Origin: an uncultured Clostridia bacterium | GTDB taxonomy: Bacteria; Bacillota; Clostridia; TANB77; CAG-508 | Length of the DNA: 64,000 nucleotides | Assembly: GCA_949443285.1 (NCBI GenBank) | Contig: CASSLW010000008.1 | Coordinates: 460-64,459, forward strand | Direction: 5' to 3' | Part shown: positions 50,699 to 61,431 of the stretch, in pieces | Layout: each line of letters opens with the position of its first letter | How positions within the stretch are numbered: the stretch's first letter is position 1 | Made by a program: the position numbers and the translations under genes | The notes under the pieces: generated by a model | The model's input: the letters and a program-made list of their open reading frames with translations, nothing else | Database searches by the model: none | Told to the model about the DNA's origin: nothing

Positions 50699-51268
50699 CT
50701 AATTCAAGCCCTTTATTATTTCATAAACCTTGTGAATTGGAAGTCCTACCACTGTTGTATAATTTCCATTTATTTTTTCTATAAAAACCGAAAACTCACC
50801 TTGAATTGCATATGCACCAGCTTTATCCATAGCTTGACCTGTTTTTATCCAATTTTTCATTTCTTCTTCACTCATATTTTTTAGTGTAACTTCTGTTATA
50901 TCATAGTCGATATATTCTTGATATTCATTTTCTTTTTGGATTAAAATGGCTATTCCTGTTATGACTTTATGTTTTTGCCCATTTAGCTCTTTTAATATTT
51001 TTAATGCATCTGCTTCATCTTTTGGTTTGCCATATATTTTTCCGTCTTTTATTACCATTGTATCTGCACCTATTATTGCTCTTTCTCCTTCTGTTTCATC
51101 AAATACAGTTTTTGCTTTTATATATGCTAACTTCTTTGCTTGTTCTTCTATTGTTAAGTTTTCCTCAATTACTTCTTCTGCATTGCTTACTTTTATTTCG
51201 TATTCTAATTTTAATAAGTCTAATAATTCTTTTCTTCTTGGTGATTTTGATGCTAATATTATTTTCAT
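50699..51268 (-). CDS. maf: Maf-family NTP pyrophosphatase
   Basis: ILASKSPRRKELL, GADT, DKAGAYAIQG, VVGLP. Confidence 0.93.
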   Translation of the reverse strand: MKIILASKSPRRKELLDLLKLEYEIKVSNAEEVIEENLTIEEQAKKLAYIKAKTVFDETEGERAIIGADTMVIKDGKIYGKPKDEADALKILKELNGQKHKVITGIAILIQKENEYQEYIDYDITEVTLKNMSEEEMKNWIKTGQAMDKAGAYAIQGEFSVFIEKINGNYTTVVGLPIHKVYEIIKGLN

Positions 51269-51284
51269 TTTCTCTTATTCCTTT

Positions 51285-51749
51285 TTATTGATTTATTCTG
51301 TGTACTGGAAGTTTGTTTTCTTTTAATATGTCTTTAATTATCTTGGGTCTTATGTCATATTTGTCTAATTCATTTATGTCTAACCATTCATATTTCAAAT
51401 AGTCTCTTCCTTCTATATTCTTTATTGGCTCTATTATTTTTTTGTCCTCTTCATCTATGAATTCCGCCTGGTGTACAAACATTATCTCATGGTATTTTTT
51501 CTCATTTGCTTCGAAAAAGTTTTCTATTGTTGATATGTATCCTGTAATTTCTATTTCTTTTCCTGTTTCTTCTAAAATCTCTCTTTTTAATGTGTTTTCA
51601 GAGTTTTCCCCTATCATTACTCTTCCACCTAATAGTGCATAATGTTCCTCTCTGTTGCTTTTGTGTAGCAAAACTTTTCCTTTATGTATTATTATACCTG
51701 ATGCTCTAACGTTTAGCAGGTATTCTCCCATATCAACTGTGATATCCAT
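51285..51749 (-). CDS. NUDIX hydrolase
   Basis: GGRVMIGENSENTLKREILEETG. Confidence 0.88.
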   Translation of the reverse strand: MDITVDMGEYLLNVRASGIIIHKGKVLLHKSNREEHYALLGGRVMIGENSENTLKREILEETGKEIEITGYISTIENFFEANEKKYHEIMFVHQAEFIDEEDKKIIEPIKNIEGRDYLKYEWLDINELDKYDIRPKIIKDILKENKLPVHRINQ

Positions 51750-51750
51750 T

Positions 51751-52530
51751 TTATTTTTCTCCCTTATTCTTTAATTTTTTATATCCCCAGTATCCGCCAC
51801 CGCCTAGAAGTCCTAATGTTATAATTCCGCCTATTGGATTTGATTCTTCTTGATTATTAGTTGATGTGTTATTTGTGTTATTACTATTTTGGTCTGCACT
51901 TGTTTTTATTGTATTTGTTGTATTGCTTTCTTTCTTTGGTGTTTCTTTTATATTAATTTTTATTGTGTTTGTTTTCCCATTAGAAGTATTTGCTGTTATC
52001 TCTACTGTTCCAGCTTTTTTAGCCATAATTTCTCCTGTTGAACTAACTGTTGCAATGCTATCATCACTTGATTTCCATGTAATGTTTTTATCTGTTGTGT
52101 CACTTGGTGTTATTGTTGCTGTTAATGTTTGACTTTTTCCCGCTTCTAAACTTTCTATATTTTCGTTGATTTGTATTCCTGTTGCAATTACAGTTTTTGG
52201 TGCTTCTGTTGTTGTTTTTGTAGCTTGTGTTGTTCCGCTTTTTGTTGTTGAAGAAGAACTTGGTGTACTGTTTTTTGTTGATTTTGTAGAACTGCCTGTT
52301 CCACTTGATTTTGAGTTTGATGAGTATGGACAACTTCCGTTAGTGTGTAAGTGTGCAGGATTTCCTCCGCAATGATAATGATAGCTTCCTAATCCACTTT
52401 TGTTTTTGTTGTCTTTGTGTCCTCCACTTGAATCTGTTCTTCCTGAGTGTGCATATGTGTTAATTCCTATTAATATTATACTTATGGTAAGTATTACGTT
52501 TATTATTATTTTTGTTTTCCCTTTTTTCAT
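51751..52530 (-). CDS. Exported YHYH-motif protein with Ig-like (Big_2) domain and C-terminal anchor
   Basis: AHSGRTDSSGGH, YHYHCGG, TWKSSDDSIATV. Confidence 0.85.
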   Translation of the reverse strand: MKKGKTKIIINVILTISIILIGINTYAHSGRTDSSGGHKDNKNKSGLGSYHYHCGGNPAHLHTNGSCPYSSNSKSSGTGSSTKSTKNSTPSSSSTTKSGTTQATKTTTEAPKTVIATGIQINENIESLEAGKSQTLTATITPSDTTDKNITWKSSDDSIATVSSTGEIMAKKAGTVEITANTSNGKTNTIKINIKETPKKESNTTNTIKTSADQNSNNTNNTSTNNQEESNPIGGIITLGLLGGGGYWGYKKLKNKGEK

Positions 52531-52571
52531 TTATTTTCCCCTTTATTTTCTTGAATATTAGTCCCTTATTT

Positions 52572-53462
52572 TTATATTAGTTTTTTCCATTGCTCTTCTT
52601 TAAAGCCTATTAGTATTATTTTGTCTGATATTAATAGTGGTCTTTTTATTAGCATTCCGTCACTTGCTAGTAGTTCTATTTTTTCTTTTTCGCTCATTGT
52701 TTCTAGTTTGTCTTTTAGTTTTAGTTCTTTATATTTTAACCCACTTGTGTTGAACCATTTTTTTATGTCTTGTCCACTTTTTTGTATCCATTTTTCTAGC
52801 TCTTGTGCTGTTGGTGTTTCTGTAATGATGTTTCTTTCTTCTGCTTTTATGTTGTTTTCTTGTAACCATTTTTTTGCTTTTTTACAGGTTGAACATTTTG
52901 GGTATTCTATGAATGTGCTTTTCATGGTTTTTCTCCTTCTTTTATTTTCTAACTTTTTCAATGCTATTTCATATTCTTCTTTTCCAAAATCTACTGTTGG
53001 CACTATTTCTTTGTTTTGATACATTTCTATAAATTTTTCTATTGTTACCCACATAAAGTCTGTTGCTTCGCCGTCTGGAAAAGTTATTTCTTGGTCTTTT
53101 ATGTCTCTTTTAAATAGCCATAAGTCTTTGAAGTCTGCTGGTTTTTTGTCGCTTCTAATTTCTTTTAGGTATATTGCTTCTCCTTCTGGAAATTGAATTC
53201 CTAATTCTTCTTTTAGTTCTCTTATTATTCCTTCTAAACTTGTTTCTCCTGCAAGTATTGATCCTCCGTTGCATTCCCACATTTCTCCAAATTTTTTGTG
53301 CTTTGCTCTTTTGCTTATTAGTATTTGATTTTCTGAGTTTAGTATTATTCCTGTTACTACTATGTGGTATTCTCCTTGTTTTAGTTTCTGATAATTTTTC
53401 CTTTCTATGGTCTTTCCTGTTTTTCTTCTTTTGCTATCGTATATGTCCCATTTTTCTTTCAT
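52572..53462 (-). CDS. NUDIX hydrolase in frame with ArsC/Spx-family protein (internal start at 52925)
   Basis: GGSILAGETSLEGIIRELKEELG; then YPKCSTCKKA, FNTSG, GMLIKRP; AGGAG RBS before the internal ATG. Confidence 0.8.
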   Translation of the reverse strand: MKEKWDIYDSKRRKTGKTIERKNYQKLKQGEYHIVVTGIILNSENQILISKRAKHKKFGEMWECNGGSILAGETSLEGIIRELKEELGIQFPEGEAIYLKEIRSDKKPADFKDLWLFKRDIKDQEITFPDGEATDFMWVTIEKFIEMYQNKEIVPTVDFGKEEYEIALKKLENKRRRKTMKSTFIEYPKCSTCKKAKKWLQENNIKAEERNIITETPTAQELEKWIQKSGQDIKKWFNTSGLKYKELKLKDKLETMSEKEKIELLASDGMLIKRPLLISDKIILIGFKEEQWKKLI

Positions 53463-53653
53463 TTTTTCTTGTGCGAAATATTTGTTTTTCTATTTCTTGA
53501 CCTCCTTTCTGTGTTTTTTTCGTTTTGGTTTATTATACTATTTTTGTTGCTTTTTGTCTATTGGCTTATTTTGTCATTTTTTGGGGATTGTTTTTGAGTT
53601 TTTTTATATCGCTACTGGGATAATCAAAAAGAAACCTAAACTATAATCGCAAG

Positions 53654-54661
53654 ATTTACATTCTACTATATTTAAATTACTACTTTTAAAATTTTATGAT
53701 AAAATATATGAGAATTTATTTACATTCTACTATATTTAAATTACTACTGAAATCTTTGCATAGTAGATTCTTTACTTCATTATTTACATTCTACTATATT
53801 TAAATTACTACTTCAAACAAAAGATATATCCGATTTTGTTGCCTTATTTACATTCTACTATATTTAAATTACTACCTTTAATAGTTCCAAATAAATTTAT
53901 ATAATTTTCATAATTTACATTCTACTATATTTAAATTACTACTAAATTATTTTTAAATATCATATCTGAGTCTTGCCCTATTTACATTCTACTATATTTA
54001 AATTACTACTATTTTTTTATCAAATCTTACCACTACTTTTGTAAGATTTACATTCTACTATATTTAAATTACTACCAATTTTTCCCAAACGACGTTTGGA
54101 TTATATGTATATTTACATTCTACTATATTTAAATTACTACCGCATTTTATCTATGAAAACCAGTTTAAAAATAGATTATTTACATTCTACTATATTTAAA
54201 TTACTACTGTAAATGGTTCATACATATCAGGTATATTAAATGTATTTACATTCTACTATATTTAAATTACTACTTTCTAAGTTTAAAGATGAATGTTCTC
54301 AACTTCCTAATTTACATTCTACTATATTTAAATTACTACTATCAACACTGTCTTTATTAATTAATATCATTAAATTTACATTCTACTATATTTAAATTAC
54401 TACTAAAAAATGAACTAACTAAATTAGTTGATGAAAAATTTACATTCTACTATATTTAAATTACTACAATTCTAGACAAGACAATTTGCTAGGAATTTCA
54501 GAATTTACATTCTACTATATTTAAATTACTACGATATGCTGCATCTGCAAGTCTTTTTACTTCTTCATTTACATTCTACTATATTTAAATTACTACTGAT
54601 TTACAATTTATTGCTGATAATCTTATACAAAATTTACATTCTACTATATTTAAATTACTAC
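53654..54661 (-). CRISPR. CRISPR array, 16 repeats / 15 spacers, type I-B-like repeat
   Basis: Identical 30-bp ATTTACATTCTACTATATTTAAATTACTAC repeats with 34-37 bp unique spacers; orientation inferred; no cas genes in the window. Confidence 0.97.
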
Positions 54662-54691
54662 CTGTTGCATTTTTTTGCAAACAACACTGAA

Positions 54692-55399
54692 TTAAGCTAT
54701 CATTCTAGCGTACTTATCGGATGACCCTTCTGTATCTGTTCTCAATTTATTTTTTTCTTGTATATTCTCTTCATTAGCTAAAGTCATTACTAATATATCT
54801 TGAGGTAAACTAGTAAATCCATCTTCTCCTACAAATCCTAAATTTTTTCCAAGTTCAAATTTTGTTTTTGGTGTGCCATCTTCTAATAAGCTTAAAATTC
54901 TAACTGCAGGTGAATAACTTAATAAAGCCTCTTCTAGTATTTCACTTCTTTTTTCTTCTTCGCTATTAGAGAACTCTAATCCTATTTCTGTAATTTCAAA
55001 AGTATCATCATAATAATTATATTTTATGAATCCTAAACATTGTGCCCATCTAATAAAATTATCAGCAGGCCAATCACTTATAAAAGGTCTTTGCTGCCCT
55101 TTTACAGTAGCTTGTACTATTCCATTACATCTTGCAGATGATCTTGGAGAAAATGCAGTTCCTACTAAATCTCCATACTTTAGCTTTAAAGGTCTTGAAT
55201 TTAAAGCAATTAATAATCTTTCTCTTCCATCTCTTTCTTCTATTAATTTAGCTATTTTGTTTTCAACTAGCTCTTTATGTATCTGAGAACTTTCATTAAA
55301 AATTGAGACTACCCTATATAGTGCATTAAAATCGCTTGGATCTTGTACCCAACCAAAAGTTCTAAAACCTCTTTTATCCACATCTTTTATTTCTATCAA
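54692..55399 (-). pseudogene. AlwI-family type IIS restriction endonuclease, C-terminally truncated
   Basis: RTFGWVQDP, ARCNGIVQA, DWPADNF, SDKYARMI; stops after 235 aa, 30 bp from the CRISPR array. Confidence 0.7.
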
Positions 55400-55411
55400 T
55401 TTATTTCCCCC

Positions 55412-57409
55412 TTAATAATTGATTATTAATACTTCTTTGCTTTTTCCTTTTTTCGTATTATAACTTGAATTTGAATAATCATTGTCCAAAGATATAATCT
55501 TATATTTTTTACTCCATTCTTTAAGTAGTTTGTTTTCCTTTCCTTTATGTTCTATAACATTAGATAATGCAAACTTTATGTTTTTTTCATTTGCTTTATC
55601 TAAAAATTTATAAAGTTTTAATTCTTCTTCTTCCTTCCAATCTTTAAATCCTCTATTTCCATCATTGTATGAGCCCGTTGTTATTAGATATGGTGGATCA
55701 CAATATATAAAATCATTTTGTCCTAGATTTTCGATAGGCACTTTATCAAATTCTTTTGATAAAAAATCTATATTCATATTTTTTAGTTTATCAGAAAATA
55801 ATATCAGATTATTTTTCATCTTTTCTGAAAATTGACTTCTATTTCTTCCAAATGGGTTATTATATTCTCTATTATTATTAAATCTAAATTGATAATTAAA
55901 TGAATAGCATGTTAGAGTATATAAATCTATTGGATCTTTTGTTTCATTATAATGAATTCTAAATTTCTTATATGCTCCTTCATTTTCCTTACTTAGTCCA
56001 AAGCCTTTAATATTTGTATTTATCCTTTCTATTACACTTTCTACTGGACTTTTATATAATTCTTTATATAAATCAATTATAAAATCATTTATATCATTAC
56101 ATATTGTTCTATTACTTTTAACATTTATCCCTACATTAAATCCTCCAGAAAACAAGTCAACAAATGTATTTATATCTGTTGGAAAATATCTCATTAATTG
56201 TGGTAATAATTTATATTTTCCACCTATATAGTTCAATGGACTTTTAATATATTTCTTGTGACTATCTACTACATAGTTTTCAGAATCATAAAAGTATTGT
56301 TCCTCATCTTCCATTAACGCTACTGGTGCTGTCTCCAAAATAGGTATATTAATATAAATATTATTCATATTAACTTTTTGGTCTTTTTTTATGTAAAAAA
56401 TATATTCATAGTGTTTTTCCATTTTTTTTGTTAACTTATTTTGATATTGCTTATAAGGTATTTTATACAGTTTATATGTATTTTTTTCTCCATACTTTTT
56501 TAATATATGTTCTATTTCTTCTTTTTTTAGTATACCTTCTTGATTATAACTCATAATAATATGTTTAAATTTTGCATTACAGATTAACTCTTCTAATTCA
56601 CTATATACTTTAGATTTTACACAATAATTTGATTTTTCCTCAGTATAACTTCTTATTCCCGTTTTTCCATTTATCTTTGGTTTATCATATCGTGCTATAG
56701 TTTCTAGTAAATGATAGTTAGGAAGATATTGTCTAGAATTATATGGTGGATCAATATACAAAATATCTCCAGTTATTTTTTGTATTAACTCATTTGCATC
56801 TTCTCTATAACATTCGTTTTTCTCATGATTATCTATAACATTAAGCCTAATCATTTCAAACTTTTTAAAAGCTCTTTTATCCCATTCTTTTAAATATGCT
56901 CCATATGTACCTGTGATATTTGAAATAAATGGAATTCCTTCTATTAATGCTGCCAATAAATAAAAATATTCATTTTCATTTATTATCTTCTCTTTTTTCC
57001 ACTTTTCAATTGTATTTCTTATATAATCAATTCTTTTTGCATTTTCCGGTGTTAGATACATTCTTTCACAATTATCATTTGGTGAATAATTATCACATAT
57101 GAAAGTATTAAATTTTTTATTCTTAATACTTACTGTTTCTAAATAATCTATTACATTTTCAGTATTTAGCTTGTTTTTTAATTTTCCAAAGTTTGGTACT
57201 TCATTATTTGATATTGTCGCTTTTTGAAGTACATATGAAAAATATAGAACATCATTTGAAATTATTTTAAATCTATTTTTAAAAAATCTAGCTACTGATG
57301 ATGTACCTGAAAATAAGTCACAAAATACTCTTTCATTTCCGTCACAGTTTTCTTTTATTACTTGATTTATATTCTTTAATAAGTTAGTTTTGTTTCCAAT
57401 ATATCTCAT
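55412..57409 (-). CDS. Two-domain DNA adenine methyltransferase (FokI/D12-like)
   Basis: Two MTase units: MRYIGNK/DLFSG/YIDPPY and LNYIGGK/DLFSG/YCDPPY. Confidence 0.92.
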   Translation of the reverse strand: MRYIGNKTNLLKNINQVIKENCDGNERVFCDLFSGTSSVARFFKNRFKIISNDVLYFSYVLQKATISNNEVPNFGKLKNKLNTENVIDYLETVSIKNKKFNTFICDNYSPNDNCERMYLTPENAKRIDYIRNTIEKWKKEKIINENEYFYLLAALIEGIPFISNITGTYGAYLKEWDKRAFKKFEMIRLNVIDNHEKNECYREDANELIQKITGDILYIDPPYNSRQYLPNYHLLETIARYDKPKINGKTGIRSYTEEKSNYCVKSKVYSELEELICNAKFKHIIMSYNQEGILKKEEIEHILKKYGEKNTYKLYKIPYKQYQNKLTKKMEKHYEYIFYIKKDQKVNMNNIYINIPILETAPVALMEDEEQYFYDSENYVVDSHKKYIKSPLNYIGGKYKLLPQLMRYFPTDINTFVDLFSGGFNVGINVKSNRTICNDINDFIIDLYKELYKSPVESVIERINTNIKGFGLSKENEGAYKKFRIHYNETKDPIDLYTLTCYSFNYQFRFNNNREYNNPFGRNRSQFSEKMKNNLILFSDKLKNMNIDFLSKEFDKVPIENLGQNDFIYCDPPYLITTGSYNDGNRGFKDWKEEEELKLYKFLDKANEKNIKFALSNVIEHKGKENKLLKEWSKKYKIISLDNDYSNSSYNTKKGKSKEVLIINY

Positions 57410-57489
57410 TTTTCCTCCTTTGCATCCTAAAACATCCTCATTCTATTATAATACATATTTTTTTTCAATACATTTCACCAATTTTTAAT

Positions 57490-58113
57490 TTAATTTTTCC
57501 AAAAAAAATTATCATAAGGATAACCTGCCTCAATATATAACTCTGTCAATTCCATTTTGTACTTCTCTAATAATTCTAAATACTTATGTTTAAATACATT
57601 TTTACAAATCCACTCAACACCTTTACTAGAAATTACAACTTTATTATTAACTAAAAATTTATATTCTCCTATCCCACTATCACACATTTTCTTTATTGCT
57701 TTTCTAACAGTAATATCTTTTCTATTGAAATATCTAGATAGCTGTTTTATGTCCATATTTTCATTCCACCAATTTTCATTATGTTCTATTTTTATCAACT
57801 CTTCATGTTGTTTTATTCTAAGTTTAAAAAAATCTATATCAGCATCTATTAAAGATTTTTCTTTTTGAAAATATATTTGAGTTATCCAGTAATACCCTTC
57901 AACCAAAACAAAATATTTTCTACTTCTAATTTTTTCACTTCTCCATCTGCAAGTTGAATGTTTTTCTACCATTACATCTATAGATTTTCTTAAATCCATA
58001 TGTAATATTTCTTTTCCATGCTTAGTTGTTATTCCTAATGCATATAATCGATTTAAAATTTTATTGTACGATAGAAAAATACTATCTAAAATCTGCTGTG
58101 AATCTGTATACAT
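57490..58113 (-). CDS. Hypothetical mobile-element protein
   Basis: 207-aa ORF in the island. Confidence 0.6.
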   Translation of the reverse strand: MYTDSQQILDSIFLSYNKILNRLYALGITTKHGKEILHMDLRKSIDVMVEKHSTCRWRSEKIRSRKYFVLVEGYYWITQIYFQKEKSLIDADIDFFKLRIKQHEELIKIEHNENWWNENMDIKQLSRYFNRKDITVRKAIKKMCDSGIGEYKFLVNNKVVISSKGVEWICKNVFKHKYLELLEKYKMELTELYIEAGYPYDNFFWKN

Positions 58114-58438
58114 ATTTCATCATTTCCTTTGTGTGCAAATATCTTAATGATAGTTTACGAAGCATTAAGATTTAGCAAAATTAATTTTGCTCGAATTTAG
58201 GTAGTATTTTTTAGTACCTAATATTCGTCAGCCTGGTGTCTTGACACCCTTTTTGCTGTTTAGGGCAAAATGCCCTAATACCCTTTTAGCTCTCCGAGGG
58301 ACTTTTTTAGGTAAAAATTTTATTAATTTTTATCAAAATATTTTCAAAAAATCTCAAATTTCTAAACTAAAAATTTGAACTTTTTTGCTTTACTTTTATA
58401 GCAAAATATACTATAATAAATTTAGATTTTGGATTAAG

Positions 58439-59299
58439 TTAGCATTTAATTTTGTCGCTTGCGCTAGCTTTTTCTTTTTGATTTTTATTATATCTTTTTA
58501 GTTCAATTCCATAACACATTTGATATAATTTTTGAATGATTGCATCCGATAATTCTTTGTCATTACTTTGCTTAAATCTATGTAATAATCCTTCTTTATC
58601 AAACTTAGTTGTTATTATAATTGGTAACTTATTTTCATTTCTATTTTCTATAATTGTATATAGCTTGTCCAATGCCCAACTGCTTATTTTTTCTGTTCCT
58701 AGATCATCTATTACAACCATATCTATATTAGAAAATAATTCTATCAATTCATTTTCTGGCTTTGAATTATCTTTAAAAGTTCCTTTTATTATATCTAACA
58801 ATGATGTTAATCTTCCCATTAAAACTATTTTACCTTTTTCCATTAATTCATTTGAAATTGCTGCTACTAAATGTGTTTTTCCTACTTCAGAATTTCCAGT
58901 AATAATAAGTCCATTTTCTTGTTCATCATTGATACATTTTTTAGCATAATCTTTTGCAATTGCTACTTCTTTTTTATTAATATCTGTTACTTTCAAATTC
59001 TTAAAATTATAATCTTTTAGCATTTTACTAATATAATTTTGAGAATAGAATTGACTAATCATTTCTGTATAGTGTTCTCTCTTTTTCTGCTCTTGAATTC
59101 TAAAGTCTACATCTTTCCAATAGACTTTTGATTCTTTACAAGTACATCTTTCATATTCAATTAATTTTGAAGATACATTAGTATATAGATAATCTAGACC
59201 AATTGGCTTTAACTCTTTTCCACAAAACTTGCATTTATTGTGGAAATCCTTTTGACAATTTTTATATTTTGTATTCTCTAAATCCATTATTGTTCTCAT
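58439..59299 (-). CDS. DnaC/IstB-like ATPase (helicase loader)
   Basis: Zn-finger CKFCG..CTC, GNSEVGKTHL, VVIDDLGTE, PIIITT. Confidence 0.85.
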   Translation of the reverse strand: MRTIMDLENTKYKNCQKDFHNKCKFCGKELKPIGLDYLYTNVSSKLIEYERCTCKESKVYWKDVDFRIQEQKKREHYTEMISQFYSQNYISKMLKDYNFKNLKVTDINKKEVAIAKDYAKKCINDEQENGLIITGNSEVGKTHLVAAISNELMEKGKIVLMGRLTSLLDIIKGTFKDNSKPENELIELFSNIDMVVIDDLGTEKISSWALDKLYTIIENRNENKLPIIITTKFDKEGLLHRFKQSNDKELSDAIIQKLYQMCYGIELKRYNKNQKEKASASDKIKC

Positions 59300-59768
59300 T
59301 CTCCTTTCTTGTATTTTTTTCTTGTGTATTATCCTCTATTGCATTATTTTCCGTTATTGTAACGTTACTTTTTTCTTTTTCACTTTTCAATTTTTCACGA
59401 TATCTTTGTTGTCTTATTCTATTTTGCTCTTGATATTTTTCGTTTGTTTCAACACTTTGGTACTTACTCCAATTTTTAATTTTGTATGCTCCTTCTTCTA
59501 TAATTAGCATATTTAATTCTTGAAATTTTTTAATAATTTTCTCCATTTTTTTCTTAGACTTTCCCATAATCTTTGAAAAATTTTCTATTGTTATTGGTGT
59601 ATTTTTTCCGATTACTAGCTTTCCTCCACTACTACATTCCATAGCAATAGTTATTAACTGAATCCATACTCTAAAATATGTATCTCCATCAGTTTCTTTT
59701 AGTAATATTTGAATTTTTCTGTTTGAAAATATTTTAATTTCTAGTTTTAACCATTGTAAATTATACAT
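59262..59768 (-). CDS. Phage replisome organiser N-terminal domain protein
   Basis: QWLKL..F.NRKI, IKNWSKYQS, RIRQQRYRE. Confidence 0.8.
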   Translation of the reverse strand: MYNLQWLKLEIKIFSNRKIQILLKETDGDTYFRVWIQLITIAMECSSGGKLVIGKNTPITIENFSKIMGKSKKKMEKIIKKFQELNMLIIEEGAYKIKNWSKYQSVETNEKYQEQNRIRQQRYREKLKSEKEKSNVTITENNAIEDNTQEKNTRKENENNNGFREYKI

Positions 59769-59796
59769 ATCCTCCTTTCCCCACTTTCCTTACAAT

Positions 59797-59994
59797 CTAG
59801 CTTATAGATTGTTGTTCCATTTTTTCTAAATATTCATCTAGTGCTTGTACTCTAAATAAATATTTTCCACCAACTTTTGAGCATGGTATTTGTTTTCTTC
59901 TTACTAATTGATTGACTAACCAATAAGATATTCCTAAATACTCTGCTGCTTCTTTCATTGTTAGTGTAGTTCTTTTAACTTTTTGTAATTCCAT
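59797..59994 (-). CDS. Excisionase-family HTH protein
   Basis: LTMKEAAEYLGIS..IPCSKVGGKYLF. Confidence 0.88.
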   Translation of the reverse strand: MELQKVKRTTLTMKEAAEYLGISYWLVNQLVRRKQIPCSKVGGKYLFRVQALDEYLEKMEQQSIS

Positions 59995-60309
59995 AGCTTT
60001 TCCCTCCTTTATATTTTCTAGAAGAGATTTTTACCTTTCCTTCCCTTCTACTTATAACCCCACAACATCTCCAAAAATAAGGTCTTTTTTTAATTTTTTT
60101 ATATTTTTTTGTAATTTTTATTTATTCTAGTATTTTCAACGGTTTCCAGAAGTATTTTTACAAAAATAATTGCATTTTTCTTTATTTTTTTGTATAATTT
60201 AGTTAATTTGTTAGCAATTTTATTTATTTAATTATATTGCAATTTGTATTTTAGGAGGGGATTTAGTGTTAAGAGAAAATATTATTCCAGTAAAAGATGG
60301 CTTTAATAT

Positions 60310-61356
60310 ATGGTTAACAAAGAAAAAAGAAAAGAGTTTTATACAACTTCTGTAGTTTTGTATAAAACAATTTTTAATCATGTCTCTAATAATAAATTTC
60401 CTAGTATTATTCTTAAATCAGATGAACATATTGGAGAAATCTATTTTACTTCATCTAATCTTAATTCTCCATTTGAAGAAAAATATGGTACATTCCTACT
60501 TAAATTTTTTAATGCCAATTTTTCATCTTTTGAAACTGCTTATAATACTTTCTTTTGTTTTTATGGATTCTCAATATTAGAAGAATTTTATAAGGACATT
60601 CCTAAGGCACAATTATTTAAATCAACAGAATACTTTTATGAAACTTATGAATCAATTTATATTAAAATCAAGCGAAAATTAAAAGAATTACAATATTTAA
60701 TGAAAAGATGCATTGACTATATGTATAATATAAATAATAACTTAGAAGATAAAAATTATTTGCCATTTGAAAAATATCTTGCATATATAATAGAGAATAA
60801 CCTTTTTAAGTATTCTACCAACATTGATATATTCTATTATCAGCAATTTGCACATGATACTTTAAATATTGCTGTTGAATCTATAGCACCTAAAATAGTA
60901 AGAGAACATTTAGAAAATGGAATAATAGATGTAAATGATAGCCCCGTTTTTCATACATCATATCTATCTAATCTCCTATATGTATCGTTGTTAGAAATTG
61001 CATCAAATAAGGATATAAAAATTAAAGCTTGTAAGAATTGTGGCAAATACTTTATTTCTAGTAAAAATACTGAAAAATATTGTGATATTGCTTACTATCA
61101 AAATGAACAAACTTGTAAAATAATTGGTGCTACTAATTCTTATATCAAAAAGCGAAAATCTGTAGAGGGAATAAAATTTTATAGAAATAACTATCAAAGA
61201 AGATTAATGCAAGCTAAAAGATCTGATGATGAACAAGTTAAACTAGCTTTTGAAAATTGGAAATCACTTGCTAAAGTTAAATTTAAAGAATTTAATAATA
61301 AAGAAATTTCTGAAAATGAATTACTTGAATGGATGGTTGAAAATAAGGATAATTAG
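60310..61356 (+). CDS. DUF6076-like protein (true start may be GTG 60266 across a frameshift)
   Basis: IKACKNCGKYFI..KYC..CKIIGA motif. Confidence 0.7.
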   Translation: MVNKEKRKEFYTTSVVLYKTIFNHVSNNKFPSIILKSDEHIGEIYFTSSNLNSPFEEKYGTFLLKFFNANFSSFETAYNTFFCFYGFSILEEFYKDIPKAQLFKSTEYFYETYESIYIKIKRKLKELQYLMKRCIDYMYNINNNLEDKNYLPFEKYLAYIIENNLFKYSTNIDIFYYQQFAHDTLNIAVESIAPKIVREHLENGIIDVNDSPVFHTSYLSNLLYVSLLEIASNKDIKIKACKNCGKYFISSKNTEKYCDIAYYQNEQTCKIIGATNSYIKKRKSVEGIKFYRNNYQRRLMQAKRSDDEQVKLAFENWKSLAKVKFKEFNNKEISENELLEWMVENKDN

Positions 61357-61431
61357 AGACTCTATACATAATAGATACAATTTACAGACCTATTATTCAA
61401 TGCAAAATAAGAGCTAAAATAGCTCTTATTT

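Noticed and set aside
2307-53646. Many plus-strand ORFs antisense to real genes (e.g. 2307-2693, 4799-5362, 19416-20192, 20223-20897)
   Set aside because: Shadow ORFs rich in F/S/L/I with no RBS or motifs, fully overlapping well-supported minus-strand genes.
53654-54661. Spacers targeting the resident prophage
   Set aside because: By eye only a 14-nt AT-rich match (TAAAAAATGAACTA, near 41791 and also 49688) was seen, which is not significant; a computed alignment is still needed.
54536-54724. 62-aa plus-strand ORF
   Set aside because: Translates CRISPR repeats and spacers; spurious.
60266-60320. Frame break between GTG 60266 and the DUF6076-like ORF as another CGG site
   Set aside because: No CGG here; it needs a base added rather than skipped, so it is an ordinary deletion or an alternative start.
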